The position numbers and the translations under genes were made by a program. The notes beneath the pieces are model-generated. The model saw only the letters and a program-made list of their open reading frames with translations, was not told where the DNA came from and ran no database searches. From Spirochaetia bacterium (GTDB lineage: Bacteria; Spirochaetota; Spirochaetia; SZUA-6; Bin103), in the NCBI GenBank assembly GCA_965203905.1, contig CBDBDQ010000005.1, forward strand, positions 1,408,001-1,472,000: a DNA stretch of 64,000 nt, given 5' to 3'. Shown one piece after another: positions 27,864 to 37,400 of the stretch; position 1 is the stretch's first letter, and each line of letters opens with the position of its first letter.

Positions 27864-28142
27864 AGTGTTCCGGCGCCGCGGTGCGTTGACTGGGTCAGCG
27901 CCGGCTGCGAGCGGCGCGCGCTACTCCTGCGCCAGCCATGTGGCGCAGGGGTTGTTGCGGTCTGCCGGCGGGAAGGATACGCGGGTACCGAGGCGGTTGG
28001 ACTCGTCACGAGGGCTCTACGGCGGCTCGGGGAGTTGCTTGACTCGGCTACCGGTTTCGACCAGCTTATTGGTTGTGATCGGGTGGAGCATGGGCGGGAG
28101 AATGACAGGGCCGGCAACCGCGACTGATCCGGGCCATTGAGC

Positions 28143-28484
28143 ATGATGGTCAGGGGCCCCAAGCCTCCAGTACAGTGGAACGGAAGGTCATTCGACATTT
28201 GTCTGCCTTGGCCCACCGGCGAACAGCGCCAAGAGTGGTTGGAATCGGAGGTGACACCGCAAGTTACCTACGTAGTACGGGTCCGTGAATCGGGTGCTGA
28301 AAAATGGCTTGTTGGCGTCGAGACGCCACTGACCTCCTGCACCTTTCGAGATCTGAAACCGAACACGGAATACGAGATGGAAGTCCGCGCGAAGAATGAA
28401 GAAGGCGAAAGTGGCCCCGCGATCATCACCTGTCGAACGGATCCCGATGGCGCGGTAGAGCCTCTGTCGGTCAACGAAGCATGA
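28143..28484 (+). CDS. stand-alone fibronectin type III domain protein
   Basis: YVVRVR...W...DLKPNTEYEMEVRAKNEEGES; no signal peptide. Confidence 0.75.
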   Translation: MMVRGPKPPVQWNGRSFDICLPWPTGEQRQEWLESEVTPQVTYVVRVRESGAEKWLVGVETPLTSCTFRDLKPNTEYEMEVRAKNEEGESGPAIITCRTDPDGAVEPLSVNEA

Positions 28485-28891
28485 GTCTGGCGGTAGTAGG
28501 CCTGCAAGCGAGCCAGATAGCAACTGGTCAGCTCCGTGCGAGCTGGAGCAGCCAGCCGGAAGCTCGGACTGCAAACATCGTTCAGTTCGACCCCAGGGTT
28601 CGCGAGTTCTCTTCCGGTATGGATGGGAGGACACCAGGATTCCATGTGGTCGACTTGGCACGTGTTCTGGTGAGGGCAGCGGAACAGCGGACGTACCAGC
28701 CCGAAATCACGATTGATGTGGATGGTGCGCTCTCGTTCGACCTGAGGCTGGCGAGCGGCCTGCTGATGTTTGCCGAGTTGACAATCGACGGGGGCCTCGA
28801 CATCACCATCCTCGACGACAGGGGACAAGACACTTTCGTGGTCAGACACCTGTCCCAGGCGACCGAATCTCAGTTCTTCAAGCAGCTCTAG
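28481..28891 (+). CDS. hypothetical protein (possible antitoxin)
   Basis: ATGA-coupled to the FN3 gene; PEITIDVDGALSFD beta-rich C-terminus. Confidence 0.55.
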   Translation: MSLAVVGLQASQIATGQLRASWSSQPEARTANIVQFDPRVREFSSGMDGRTPGFHVVDLARVLVRAAEQRTYQPEITIDVDGALSFDLRLASGLLMFAELTIDGGLDITILDDRGQDTFVVRHLSQATESQFFKQL

Positions 28892-28899
28892 CCCGGAGT

Positions 28900-29307
28900 A
28901 TGTCGGTTCCTTCTGAGGACACGTTGTGTCGGTTCGTCCGGCCGGCAGATTGGAGCCCACGCGATTCCCGCCCGAGGCCCGGAGCGTTCAAACAACCCGC
29001 ACTCTCGGTGTGGAATGTCGATACACTGGACCAGCGTGGCGTAGCAATTGACGAACTGCGGATCGAACACCTCAGCGCCTGCGGACAGGCACACCATACC
29101 GCGGGCAATTACGTGTCACTCGCGCGGCAGTCATGTCTGAACGTGCAGGTCGTGTAGCGATCGGACGATGAATACGTGGCAGAGCCGTGGCGGCGATGGA
29201 ACTATGCTCACGTCCAGGTAGAGGCCACTTCTGGGCCAGCGCAATTCACGCCTGAATATCGCGCATTACTTGCGACCAACTGCCGTCATTCCGTTCCTCC
29301 CGACTGA
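28900..29307 (+). pseudogene. ART/RES-like putative toxin interrupted by an in-frame TAG at 29155
   Basis: LCRF...PGAF...LSV, and after the TAG the frame continues RSDDEYVAEPWRRWNYAHVQVE...PPD to TGA 29307. Confidence 0.5.
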
Positions 29308-29401
29308 ACTCGGACTGTCCACCGCCGGCGCCGATCGTCGCCACCGCGCTGGCCGGTTCGCGATGTTGACCGCGGGCCGGCTCCGTCCTACGCTCCTGGA
29401 T

Positions 29402-30613
29402 ATGACGGCAACGGCAGCCCCGTCCCTGAGCCAGCAGCAGATCGCCGACTACCACGAGGACGGCTACGTCATCGTGCGCAATGTCCTGTCCTCCAAGGAA
29501 GCGGCCGAACTGCGCCGCATCGTCCAACGGCGGGTACAACGCGGTGCCGCGCATCCAGCGACCCGTACCTATCCTGAACCGGCCAAGTACACCGTCAGCG
29601 GCAACATGATGTCCGAACCCGGACTCGCCTCCATCGCGGAACATCCGACGGTCGTCGGCGCCGTGGAGTCCGCACTCGGCGGCCCCGCCCACCTGACCGC
29701 CTTCGTGGCGTACCTGCGGACGCCGAGCGACCAGGGTGGCAGAGCCCACTGCGACTACAAGCGCTGGCGACCCGTCGGTTCGTCCATGAACTGGGCGTTC
29801 GCCATCATTCCGCTGAACGACTTCGATGCCGAGTACGGTCCGTTCCTGGTGTCACCCAAATCGCACCGGCTGGCGCAGGTGATCGACCCGCGGGCACACG
29901 TCCTGGACCTCACGGCGCCCGATGCCCGGCAGCTGCCGCCGTTCATCGACCCCGAGCTGAGGGCCGGCGACCTGCTGGTGGTCAACGAGCACGTCTGGCA
30001 CGAGGCACCTCCCGGTACCACCAGCGAAGACCGCTGCGGCATCTTCCACAAGTACTGTGCCGCCAACGCGCCACCCGCGGCCGGATACTATCCGTACGAT
30101 CCTGCCGCGCTGGAGGCGTTGAGCGACGCCGGCAAACGCCTCCTGCCGGTCTGTTTCGACAAGCCGATCGCAACCACACGGCTGCTCATCGAGGCTCCGT
30201 CGGGCGAGGAATCCAGGTTCCTGGTTCGGCGCGCCGCGGACACCGGCGCCTGGGAGTTGCCCGGCGGCGAAGGCTGGGAAGAACAGGAGCTGGTCGGCTG
30301 GGACATCGGCGCACGGATCGGTTCGCTGCAGGCACTGGTCAACTCCCAGCTCGGGCTGGACGTGCCGTGGATGTCCTACATCGAAGACATCGCGCAGGAA
30401 GATGGCGCTTGCCGCGTGTACGGATTCTCCGATGAAGAGGTGAACCTGGACGCACTGGCCAACGGCGACAACGACTGGTTCACGCGAAGCGAACTGCACC
30501 GCACGCTGGGCGGCAGCCACGCGATCTGCCGGACCGTCGACACCTGGCTGCGCGACGACGTCGTCCGCGGCAAGGGCAAGGCGTGCCGTCAGAGCCGGAA
30601 CCAGTTCGAGTGA
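29402..30613 (+). CDS. PhyH-family 2OG-Fe(II) dioxygenase with a C-terminal NUDIX-like domain
   Basis: YHEDGYV, AHCD, LRAGD..VWHE...DR; C-terminal FLVRR...WELPGGE. Confidence 0.78.
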   Translation: MTATAAPSLSQQQIADYHEDGYVIVRNVLSSKEAAELRRIVQRRVQRGAAHPATRTYPEPAKYTVSGNMMSEPGLASIAEHPTVVGAVESALGGPAHLTAFVAYLRTPSDQGGRAHCDYKRWRPVGSSMNWAFAIIPLNDFDAEYGPFLVSPKSHRLAQVIDPRAHVLDLTAPDARQLPPFIDPELRAGDLLVVNEHVWHEAPPGTTSEDRCGIFHKYCAANAPPAAGYYPYDPAALEALSDAGKRLLPVCFDKPIATTRLLIEAPSGEESRFLVRRAADTGAWELPGGEGWEEQELVGWDIGARIGSLQALVNSQLGLDVPWMSYIEDIAQEDGACRVYGFSDEEVNLDALANGDNDWFTRSELHRTLGGSHAICRTVDTWLRDDVVRGKGKACRQSRNQFE

Positions 30614-30636
30614 CGGGCCGCCGATGACGCTGCGCC

Positions 30637-31381
30637 GTGGCTGAATCCCTGGCGCTGCCGCCGTTGCGGCGGCCCAACGTGCTGTGGATCTTCGGCGACC
30701 AGCACCGCGCCCAGGCCACCGGCTACCGCGGCGATCCCAACGTCGCCACCCCCAACCTCGACAACCTCGGGCGCCAGGGGGTGCGCTTCGACTGCGCGGT
30801 GGCCGGCGCGCCCTGGTGCACGCCGTTCCGCGGCGCCCTGATCAGCGGCCGCTACCCGCACCAGACCGGGGTGGTGGCCAACGGCATACGGCTGCCGCCC
30901 GACCAGCCCACCGTGGCCAGCGCGTTCGCCGCCGCCGGCTACCACACCGCCTACGTCGGCAAGTGGCATCTGGACGGCACCAACGACCTCGACCACTACG
31001 TGCCGCCGGAGCGGCGCGGCCTACCTGCAGCAGCTCCCGCCGCGGCCGTTCGCGGTGGGCGCGGACGGCACCGCGCCGGCCAGCTTCCTGGACTGCGTCA
31101 ACCTGCCGTGGCGCGGCGTGGTCACCCGCGACGGCTGGAAGTACGCCTGCACCCCGGACGGCGACTGGCTGCTGTTCAACCTCGCCGAGGATCCCTTCGA
31201 GCAGGCCAACCAGGTGTTCAACGAACGCTACCGCGCCGAAAAGGAGCGCTGCCACCGCCTGCTCGGCGAGTGGATCGAGACCACCGGCGACTCTTTCCCG
31301 CTCCCGGACATCGCCCTGCATGAGCGCGGTACCCCGGCGGAGCAGTACCGGCAACAGCTTGCCGCGCGGCGCGGCGGGTAA
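30637..31381 (+). pseudogene. sulfatase with a large out-of-frame internal deletion at ~31020
   Basis: RPNVLWIFGDQ, CTPFR, GKWHL, then an abrupt jump to the C-terminal WRGVVTRDGWKY..LFNLAEDPFE in another frame. Confidence 0.85.
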
Positions 31382-31400
31382 CGCCGGTCGCGGGGCACGC

Positions 31401-32825
31401 CTATGGCGACTGGTCCTGCCGCCTGCCACTGCGCAGCCGCTTGCTCAGCGCCTGGTGGCTGACCCCCAGGAGACCGGCCGCCTTGGACTGGTTGCCTCCG
31501 GTGCGCCGCAGCGCTTCCGCGACCAGCAGGTCGCCGACCTCCCTGAGCTGCGGCAGCTTGCCCCCGAACGCCACGTCCGGCTCGGACTCGGCAGCCGGCG
31601 GCCGCGGCGCGATCGCACCGGGTAGCGACTTGAAGTCGCTTGCGGTGAGGACGTCGTCCTGCAGGCGGTACACGGCGTCGAAAATCAGGGACCGCAGCTC
31701 ACGCACGTTGCCGGGAAACGAATGCCGGGAAAGCAGCGGCACCACGTCGTCCCCCACCTCCACTACGCCCCGGTCCCGGCCGCGTGCCGCTTCCTCCACG
31801 AAGGAGGCGACGAGCAGCGGCAGATCGTCCTGCCGCTCGCGCAGCGGGGGCACGTGGACGCTGTGGGTGTTGAGCCGGTAGAAGAGGTCCTTGCGAAACG
31901 CGCCCTGTTCGACCCCGCGGCCGAGATCCTGGTTGGTCGCAGCCACGACCCGCGCGTTGGCGCGGTGGGGAAGGTCGGAGCCGATGGGGTAGTACTCCCG
32001 CTCCTGCAGGAGCCGGAGCAGCTTGACCTGAGATGCCATGCTCAGGTCCCCGATCTCGTCCAGGAACACCGTGCCGCCCGCAGCGCGTTCGATCAGTCCT
32101 CGCCGTTCGGCGTCAGCCCCGGTAAACGCTCCCTTCCTGTGCCCGAACAGCGCATCCGTGAACAGCGTGTCGTCCAGCCCGGCCAGGTTGACCGCCACCA
32201 GTTCTCCGTCATGGCCGCTGAGCTCGTGCGCCGCCTGGGCGAACAGCTCCTTGCCGACGCCACTCTCCCCGGTGATCAGCACCGGCTCCGGACTCGGCGC
32301 GATCGCTTCCAGGTAGGAGAACAGCGCGAGCATCGTCCCGTTGTTGGTGGCGATTCGTGAGAACGCTTCCGGGTGCTCCAGCCGCCGCTGGATCAGGCGC
32401 TGCTTGAGACGGGAAACCTGGGCCTTGAGACTGCGCTGCTCCAGGGCACGCCGGATGGCCTGCTCGAAGGCATCTTTCTCGATCGGCTTCAGCACGTAGT
32501 CGTAGGCGCCGAGCTTCATGCACTGCACCGCCACCGCCAGGTCGTTGGTCCCGGTGACGACCACGACCGGAACGTCGGGACGGGCTGCCGTGAGGCGTTC
32601 CAGGAGTTCCTGGCCCGACATGCCCGGCATTGCCAGGTCGAGCAGAATCAGCAGCGGGTCGTGCGCATCCACGAGGCCCATCACCTGCGTGCCGTCGGAG
32701 CAGAGCACGACGTTGCTGAGACCGAGGGTGAAGAGCAGCAGCTCCGTGCTCTCCAGCACCTCCACTTCGTCGTCCACGACGAGAATGGGCCGCTGCGGAG
32801 CAGCTACGCGCTTAGTGTGCGCCAT
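31401..32825 (-). CDS. sigma54-dependent response regulator (NtrC family)
   Basis: Receiver VVDD/LLDLAMP/KP, GESGVGKE, GAFTGA, FPGNVREL, Fis HTH. Confidence 0.93.
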   Translation of the reverse strand: MAHTKRVAAPQRPILVVDDEVEVLESTELLLFTLGLSNVVLCSDGTQVMGLVDAHDPLLILLDLAMPGMSGQELLERLTAARPDVPVVVVTGTNDLAVAVQCMKLGAYDYVLKPIEKDAFEQAIRRALEQRSLKAQVSRLKQRLIQRRLEHPEAFSRIATNNGTMLALFSYLEAIAPSPEPVLITGESGVGKELFAQAAHELSGHDGELVAVNLAGLDDTLFTDALFGHRKGAFTGADAERRGLIERAAGGTVFLDEIGDLSMASQVKLLRLLQEREYYPIGSDLPHRANARVVAATNQDLGRGVEQGAFRKDLFYRLNTHSVHVPPLRERQDDLPLLVASFVEEAARGRDRGVVEVGDDVVPLLSRHSFPGNVRELRSLIFDAVYRLQDDVLTASDFKSLPGAIAPRPPAAESEPDVAFGGKLPQLREVGDLLVAEALRRTGGNQSKAAGLLGVSHQALSKRLRSGRRQDQSP

Positions 32826-34368
32826 CGGCCTTCCTTTTCGCCCCCGCAGGCGGCAGTATGGCCGTGGCAGTCGTCCCGGCCCCACGCTCCGACGCAAACG
32901 AGAGACTGCCGGCGTGCTCGTCCAGGATGTGATTCGAGACGTACAGCCCGATGCCGGTCCCCCCTCGTCCCTCGCGCGTGGAGTAGAACACCTCCCCGAC
33001 GCGATCCACGGTCCCCGGCTCCATCCCCACACCGTCATCGGTGACCGCCAGTTCGACGCCGGCGGCCGTCGCGCGCGTGGTGATGGTGATGCCCTCGGTG
33101 CTGCCGCCATGACCAGCCTCTCGCGCTTCCCGGATCGCCTCGACCGCGTTCGACAGCAGGTTCACTACCACTTGCTCGAGCTGTTGCGAATTACCCGCCA
33201 CCGGCGGCAGTGACGGGGCAAGCGCGGTCCGCAGCGGGATGTCGTGGCGCCTGACCTGGTGACCGAACACGACCAGAGCCGAATCCACCACCCCGTTCAG
33301 GTCCACCATCTCGGTGTGCTCCACGCGCGTGCGGCGGTAGAATCTCCTGAGCTCGGAGATGATGCCGGCGATCCGATCGGCGCTGTGCGCGATTCCTGCG
33401 ATGGCGCGCCGCATCCGGTCTCGCACCATTCGATGTGGCAAGTCCCCGATCAGTCCGTCGTCGCCGCGCTCCTGAGCGCTGTCCAGCAGTGGGACGACGT
33501 GCTCGTAGTACTTGCGCAGGAACGCGGCATTCGAGGCGATTGCGCCGGTCGGGTTGGCGATCTCGTGCCCGAGGCTCGACGCCATGGTCCCGATCGAAAC
33601 CAGCTTGTCGGCCTCCAGCAGCTTGCGGGTCTGCTGCTCCCGGTGTTGGCGCATGCGGTCCAGCCGGAATGAGACCGCCAGCGACAGGCAGGAGATCTGG
33701 CCCAATACTCCCCAGTAGTACGCGTAGCGCGTCGCGAGGTTGTCGGCGACCAGTTGATCCTCGCGGAGAAGCTGCACCGAGCTGCCGGTCGCAGCCAGGA
33801 CCCAGCCTGCCAGGTACAGCCCGGCGAAGGGCACCCTGCGCAGGGCCGAGATGGTGCCCACCGTAACCAGGACCGCGGTGTGGAGAACGCCGACGTACGG
33901 CAGCACGAACTGGACCGGATAGGTCGACTGCGCGGCGCCCAGAATGGTGACCCACAGCAGCAGGTTGGCCGTGTCGAAGACGATCACGCCGACCAGGACG
34001 CGGTCGGCCACGGGGAGCACCCGCCCGGTGGTGAGAATGGAGCGCGAGAACTGCGTCAGCCAGATCATCAGCAGGAACGAAAACCCGAGTGACAGGAGGT
34101 TGTTGACCAATGGCTGGTCGTTCCCGAGCACGTGGCGGTGCACCAGCCCCTCGACGACCGAGAGCAAGCCGATCTGCGACACCAGCACGAGCGCATAGGC
34201 GAGGTAGCTCGGATCGCGCAGCGACAGGTAGAGCAGCAGGTGGTAGACGGCAAGGATCGCCAGGATCCCGAAGAAGACTCCGAGGATGAACGGATCCCTT
34301 GGCTCTCGCCAGAACCGGATGATCTCATCCGGGCCCTGCTGCACCAGCCACTGCCAGATTTGCGCCAT
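32812..34368 (-). CDS. 7TM-DISM-type sensor histidine kinase without an extracellular domain
   Basis: FFGILAILAVYHLLLY..LRD.SYLAY 7TM pattern, LGHEIANP, NLLSNA, DDGVG, GTGIGL. Confidence 0.88.
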   Translation of the reverse strand: MAQIWQWLVQQGPDEIIRFWREPRDPFILGVFFGILAILAVYHLLLYLSLRDPSYLAYALVLVSQIGLLSVVEGLVHRHVLGNDQPLVNNLLSLGFSFLLMIWLTQFSRSILTTGRVLPVADRVLVGVIVFDTANLLLWVTILGAAQSTYPVQFVLPYVGVLHTAVLVTVGTISALRRVPFAGLYLAGWVLAATGSSVQLLREDQLVADNLATRYAYYWGVLGQISCLSLAVSFRLDRMRQHREQQTRKLLEADKLVSIGTMASSLGHEIANPTGAIASNAAFLRKYYEHVVPLLDSAQERGDDGLIGDLPHRMVRDRMRRAIAGIAHSADRIAGIISELRRFYRRTRVEHTEMVDLNGVVDSALVVFGHQVRRHDIPLRTALAPSLPPVAGNSQQLEQVVVNLLSNAVEAIREAREAGHGGSTEGITITTRATAAGVELAVTDDGVGMEPGTVDRVGEVFYSTREGRGGTGIGLYVSNHILDEHAGSLSFASERGAGTTATAILPPAGAKRKADGAH

Positions 34369-34385
34369 CAGCGCAGCACGCTATC

Positions 34386-34422
34386 GGCAACCGGAGTTGC
34401 CGCCGTTGCAACTCCAGTTGCC
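34386..34422. promoter_or_regulatory. tandem palindromic enhancer (UAS) sites
   Basis: GGCAACCGGAGTTGCC and TGCAACTCCAGTTGCC, 21 bp apart, ~100 bp upstream of the -24/-12 element. Confidence 0.7.
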
Positions 34423-34502
34423 TGCGGACAGGCGCAGCCCGGTCTACGAGCGGTGCTCACAAGTATCTTCCTGGCAAGCACTTAATTCCACGTGATCGAT
34501 CC

Positions 34503-34518
34503 TGGCACGGTTCTTGAT
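34503..34518 (+). promoter_or_regulatory. sigma54 -24/-12 promoter (variant -12)
   Basis: TGGCACGGTTCTTGAT: GG-N10-GA. Confidence 0.7.
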
Positions 34519-34540
34519 CTCTCCGTCGGTGAGGAGACGA

Positions 34541-35404
34541 ATGATGGAAACCTTACCAAAGGCCTACGCATTGATCACCGGCGCCAGCCAGGGGTTGGGC
34601 CAGGCGCTCGCCGAGGAGTGCGCCCGCCGCGGGATGCACCTGTTGCTGGTAGCGCTGCCGGAAACCGGGCTGCGTGCGCTGAGCGCGGAGATCGCGGCAC
34701 GGCACGGGGTGGACTCGCAGCATCTCGAACTGGACCTGACCGATCCTTCGGGACCGGAGCAGGTCGCTCGCTGGGTTGCATCCCACGGCTGCAACCTGCG
34801 CTTCCTGATCAACAACGCCGGCGCCAGCACCCATGGCCGGTTCGAGGAGACCTCCCTGGAGCGCAACGAACTGGTGATGGACCTCAACATGGCGGCCGTC
34901 GTCAGGGCCACGCACCTGCTCATCCCGACGCTCAAGAACAGCCAGCCGTCGTACATCCTGAACGTGGCGAGCCTGGCCGCCATCGGGCCCATGCCCTACA
35001 TGCCGATCTACGCGGCATCCAAGGCCTTCGTGCTCAGCTTCACGCTCGCGCTCCGTGAAGAGCTCCAACGATCCGGGATCGGGGTCAGCGTGCTCTGTCC
35101 CGGCGGCATGCCGACCAACGATGATTCCGCCCGGCGCATCGGCGCCAACGGACTGCGCGGCAGGCTGTCCTCGGTTCGCCCCGAGCGAGTGGCCAGGATC
35201 GCGCTCACCCGTACGCTCCGCGGTCGCGCGTGCATCATACCGGGAGCGCTCAACAAGATCGTCGCGGTCGCGAGTAACTTCACGCCGCGAACGGTATTCA
35301 CCCGTTCCGCCGGGCACCAGTTCGAGCGCGCAGAGCTGCGCCTGCAGCAGACCGGTGGAGCGCTGAAGCCGGCCTTGGCGGGCTTGCACGGTCAGCGGAG
35401 GTGA
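34541..35404 (+). CDS. short-chain dehydrogenase/reductase (DltE-like)
   Basis: ITGASQGLG, INNAG, YAASK. Confidence 0.9.
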   Translation: MMETLPKAYALITGASQGLGQALAEECARRGMHLLLVALPETGLRALSAEIAARHGVDSQHLELDLTDPSGPEQVARWVASHGCNLRFLINNAGASTHGRFEETSLERNELVMDLNMAAVVRATHLLIPTLKNSQPSYILNVASLAAIGPMPYMPIYAASKAFVLSFTLALREELQRSGIGVSVLCPGGMPTNDDSARRIGANGLRGRLSSVRPERVARIALTRTLRGRACIIPGALNKIVAVASNFTPRTVFTRSAGHQFERAELRLQQTGGALKPALAGLHGQRR

Positions 35405-35409
35405 TCGCT

Positions 35410-36237
35410 ATGAACCAGGTATTGCACGTCCTCGTTACGGGGGCCGGCAGCGGAATCGGCCGCGCCAGCGTCGAGTATCTGGCCGCGCGTGGCGACCACG
35501 TGTTCGCCGGTGCGCGCAAGGATCGGGACCTCGGCGAGCTCGGCCGGTTGCGGAACGTCATCCCGGTGCGGCTCGACGTAACGCAGCCCGAGAGCGTGGA
35601 CGCAGCGGTCGCTCGGGTCCGTGGACTGACTGACACCCTCGACGGCCTCGTGAACAACGCAGGCTCCGTGGTGGCGGGACCGCTGATGGACATCACGCCG
35701 GAACAGATGAGAGAGCAGTTGGAAGTAAACCTGGTCGGCGTCCACCGCGTCACTCGGGCCTTCTTTCCGCTGCTGCTGGCGGCCAGGGGCCACGTGGTGA
35801 ACATCTCGTCGACCGGGGGCCGGGTAGCGATGCCGTTCATGGGACCGTACGTCGCCAGCAAGTTCGCTCTGGAGGCGTTCTCCGATTCGCTGCGGCGCGA
35901 GCTGGAGCCGTGCGGGATGAAGGTAAGCGTAATCCAGCCGGGGGCGATCCGCACGCCGATCTGGGACAAGACCGATCCGGAGGATGCGCCAGTCGCCGAC
36001 TCGATCTTCGCGGAGCGCGCGCGCGCCTTCGGACGTCTCATGGTGGAGCGCGCCCGCAGCGGCGGTCTGCCGCCGGTGACGATCGCGCGCGCCGTGCACA
36101 AGGCGCTCGGCAGCCGCCGGCCCAGGCCACGCCACCTGGTGACCGAAGCCAACCTCATGACCCGCATCGCGAGTCTCCTGCCGGACCGGTGGCTGGACCT
36201 GGCCATCGGTCGCTTTACGTTGGGAGGCTCCAAGTGA
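35410..36237 (+). CDS. SDR (17beta-HSD/retinol dehydrogenase-like)
   Basis: VTGAGSGIG, GLVNNAG, YVASKFALEAFSDSLRREL; GTG 35401 is an alternative start. Confidence 0.9.
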   Translation: MNQVLHVLVTGAGSGIGRASVEYLAARGDHVFAGARKDRDLGELGRLRNVIPVRLDVTQPESVDAAVARVRGLTDTLDGLVNNAGSVVAGPLMDITPEQMREQLEVNLVGVHRVTRAFFPLLLAARGHVVNISSTGGRVAMPFMGPYVASKFALEAFSDSLRRELEPCGMKVSVIQPGAIRTPIWDKTDPEDAPVADSIFAERARAFGRLMVERARSGGLPPVTIARAVHKALGSRRPRPRHLVTEANLMTRIASLLPDRWLDLAIGRFTLGGSK

Positions 36238-36623
36238 TTGCCCTGGATCTGCCGGTGCTCCTGCACCAGTGGCGGTCGACGATCCAGGCGACCTATGGCG
36301 TCAACGCGTACCTGTACCTCGCGCTGACGACGGTGTGCGCACCCCCCTTCTACTACTCGATCTACCGGCTGACGAAAGCGCTGGCGACGAGGCAGCGCAG
36401 GCTGGTGCCCCTGTGGAGCTCGGTGTTCCTCGGCGCGACGGCACTCCCTTACCTTTACGTGCTGGTCTGCGGACGCAACATGCCCTGGTGGATCTACCTG
36501 ATTCTGGGCGCCCTGCTTGTCCAAGGGACCGTGTCACTGGTACGGAAGCTGACTCCGGCCAGCAGCACTCCGTCCGTTTGCGCTTCGCGCGTGGAAGGTT
36601 GCACAATGCGGGCCTCAGGCTGA
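36234..36623 (+). CDS. small membrane protein (about 3 TM)
   Basis: YGVNAYLYLAL, hydrophobic helices, GRNMPWW; GTGA overlap. Confidence 0.7.
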   Translation: MIALDLPVLLHQWRSTIQATYGVNAYLYLALTTVCAPPFYYSIYRLTKALATRQRRLVPLWSSVFLGATALPYLYVLVCGRNMPWWIYLILGALLVQGTVSLVRKLTPASSTPSVCASRVEGCTMRASG

Positions 36624-36626
36624 CGG

Positions 36627-37400
36627 ATGAAGCTCAACGTCTTGAACTCGTTTCGGCTGGATGGAAGGGTGGCGCTGGTGACCGGCGCCAGCCGCGGGTT
36701 CGGCGAGGTGATCGCCAGCGCCCTGGCGGAAGCGGGGGCGTCGCTGGCGCTGCTCGCGCGCAGTGAGCGGGTGCACAAGGTGGCACGAGAGCTGCGCGCC
36801 GAGCATGGCGTGGGTTGCCGCGGTTACCGGTGCGACGTGAGTGATGCCGGCGCGGTGCAGCAGACGGTGGCAGCCGCGATTGCCGAATGCGGCGGCCTGC
36901 ACGTCGTGGTGAACAACGCCGGCATCAACATCCGCGGGCCGATCGAGGAGCTGAGCCTGGAGCAGTTCCGGCGGGTGCAGGATGCCAACGTCACCTCGAT
37001 GTGGCTGGTGTGCCGAGCGGCCGCCGCCCACCTCAAGGCGCAGGGCTACGGCCGGGTAGTCAACATCGGCTCGCTGCTGTCGATCCTGGGGATGGCGCAG
37101 CGCACCCCGTACGCGGTGAGCAAGGCCGGCGTGCTGGCGCTCACCCGAGTGCTCGCCCTGGAGTGGGCACCGGCCGGGATCACCGTCAACTGCATCATCC
37201 CCGGAGTGTTCGCCACCGAGATGAACCGGTCACAGTTAGAGGACCCTGCGCTCAGCGCGGGCGTGGTGGCCAAGGTGCCCCTGGGGCGCTGGGGCGAACC
37301 GGCGGAGGTGGCCGGCATGGCGCTCTTCCTGGCCAGCGACGCGTCCAGCTACGTGACCGGCGCAGCGCTGACCGTCGACGGCGGCTGGAGCGTGCACTGA
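36627..37400 (+). CDS. SDR (gluconate 5-dehydrogenase/FabG-like)
   Basis: FRLDGRVALVTGASRGFG, VNNAG, YAVSK, VDGGW. Confidence 0.92.
   Translation: MKLNVLNSFRLDGRVALVTGASRGFGEVIASALAEAGASLALLARSERVHKVARELRAEHGVGCRGYRCDVSDAGAVQQTVAAAIAECGGLHVVVNNAGINIRGPIEELSLEQFRRVQDANVTSMWLVCRAAAAHLKAQGYGRVVNIGSLLSILGMAQRTPYAVSKAGVLALTRVLALEWAPAGITVNCIIPGVFATEMNRSQLEDPALSAGVVAKVPLGRWGEPAEVAGMALFLASDASSYVTGAALTVDGGWSVH

Noticed and set aside
29155-29157. Pyrrolysine or recoded TAG
   Set aside because: TAG is used as an ordinary stop elsewhere (15399, 28891) and no pyl genes are visible; a TGG to TAG change is simpler
34472-34487. Second TGGCA sigma54-like motif
   Set aside because: Lacks the G at -13 (TTAA); the 34503 site fits better
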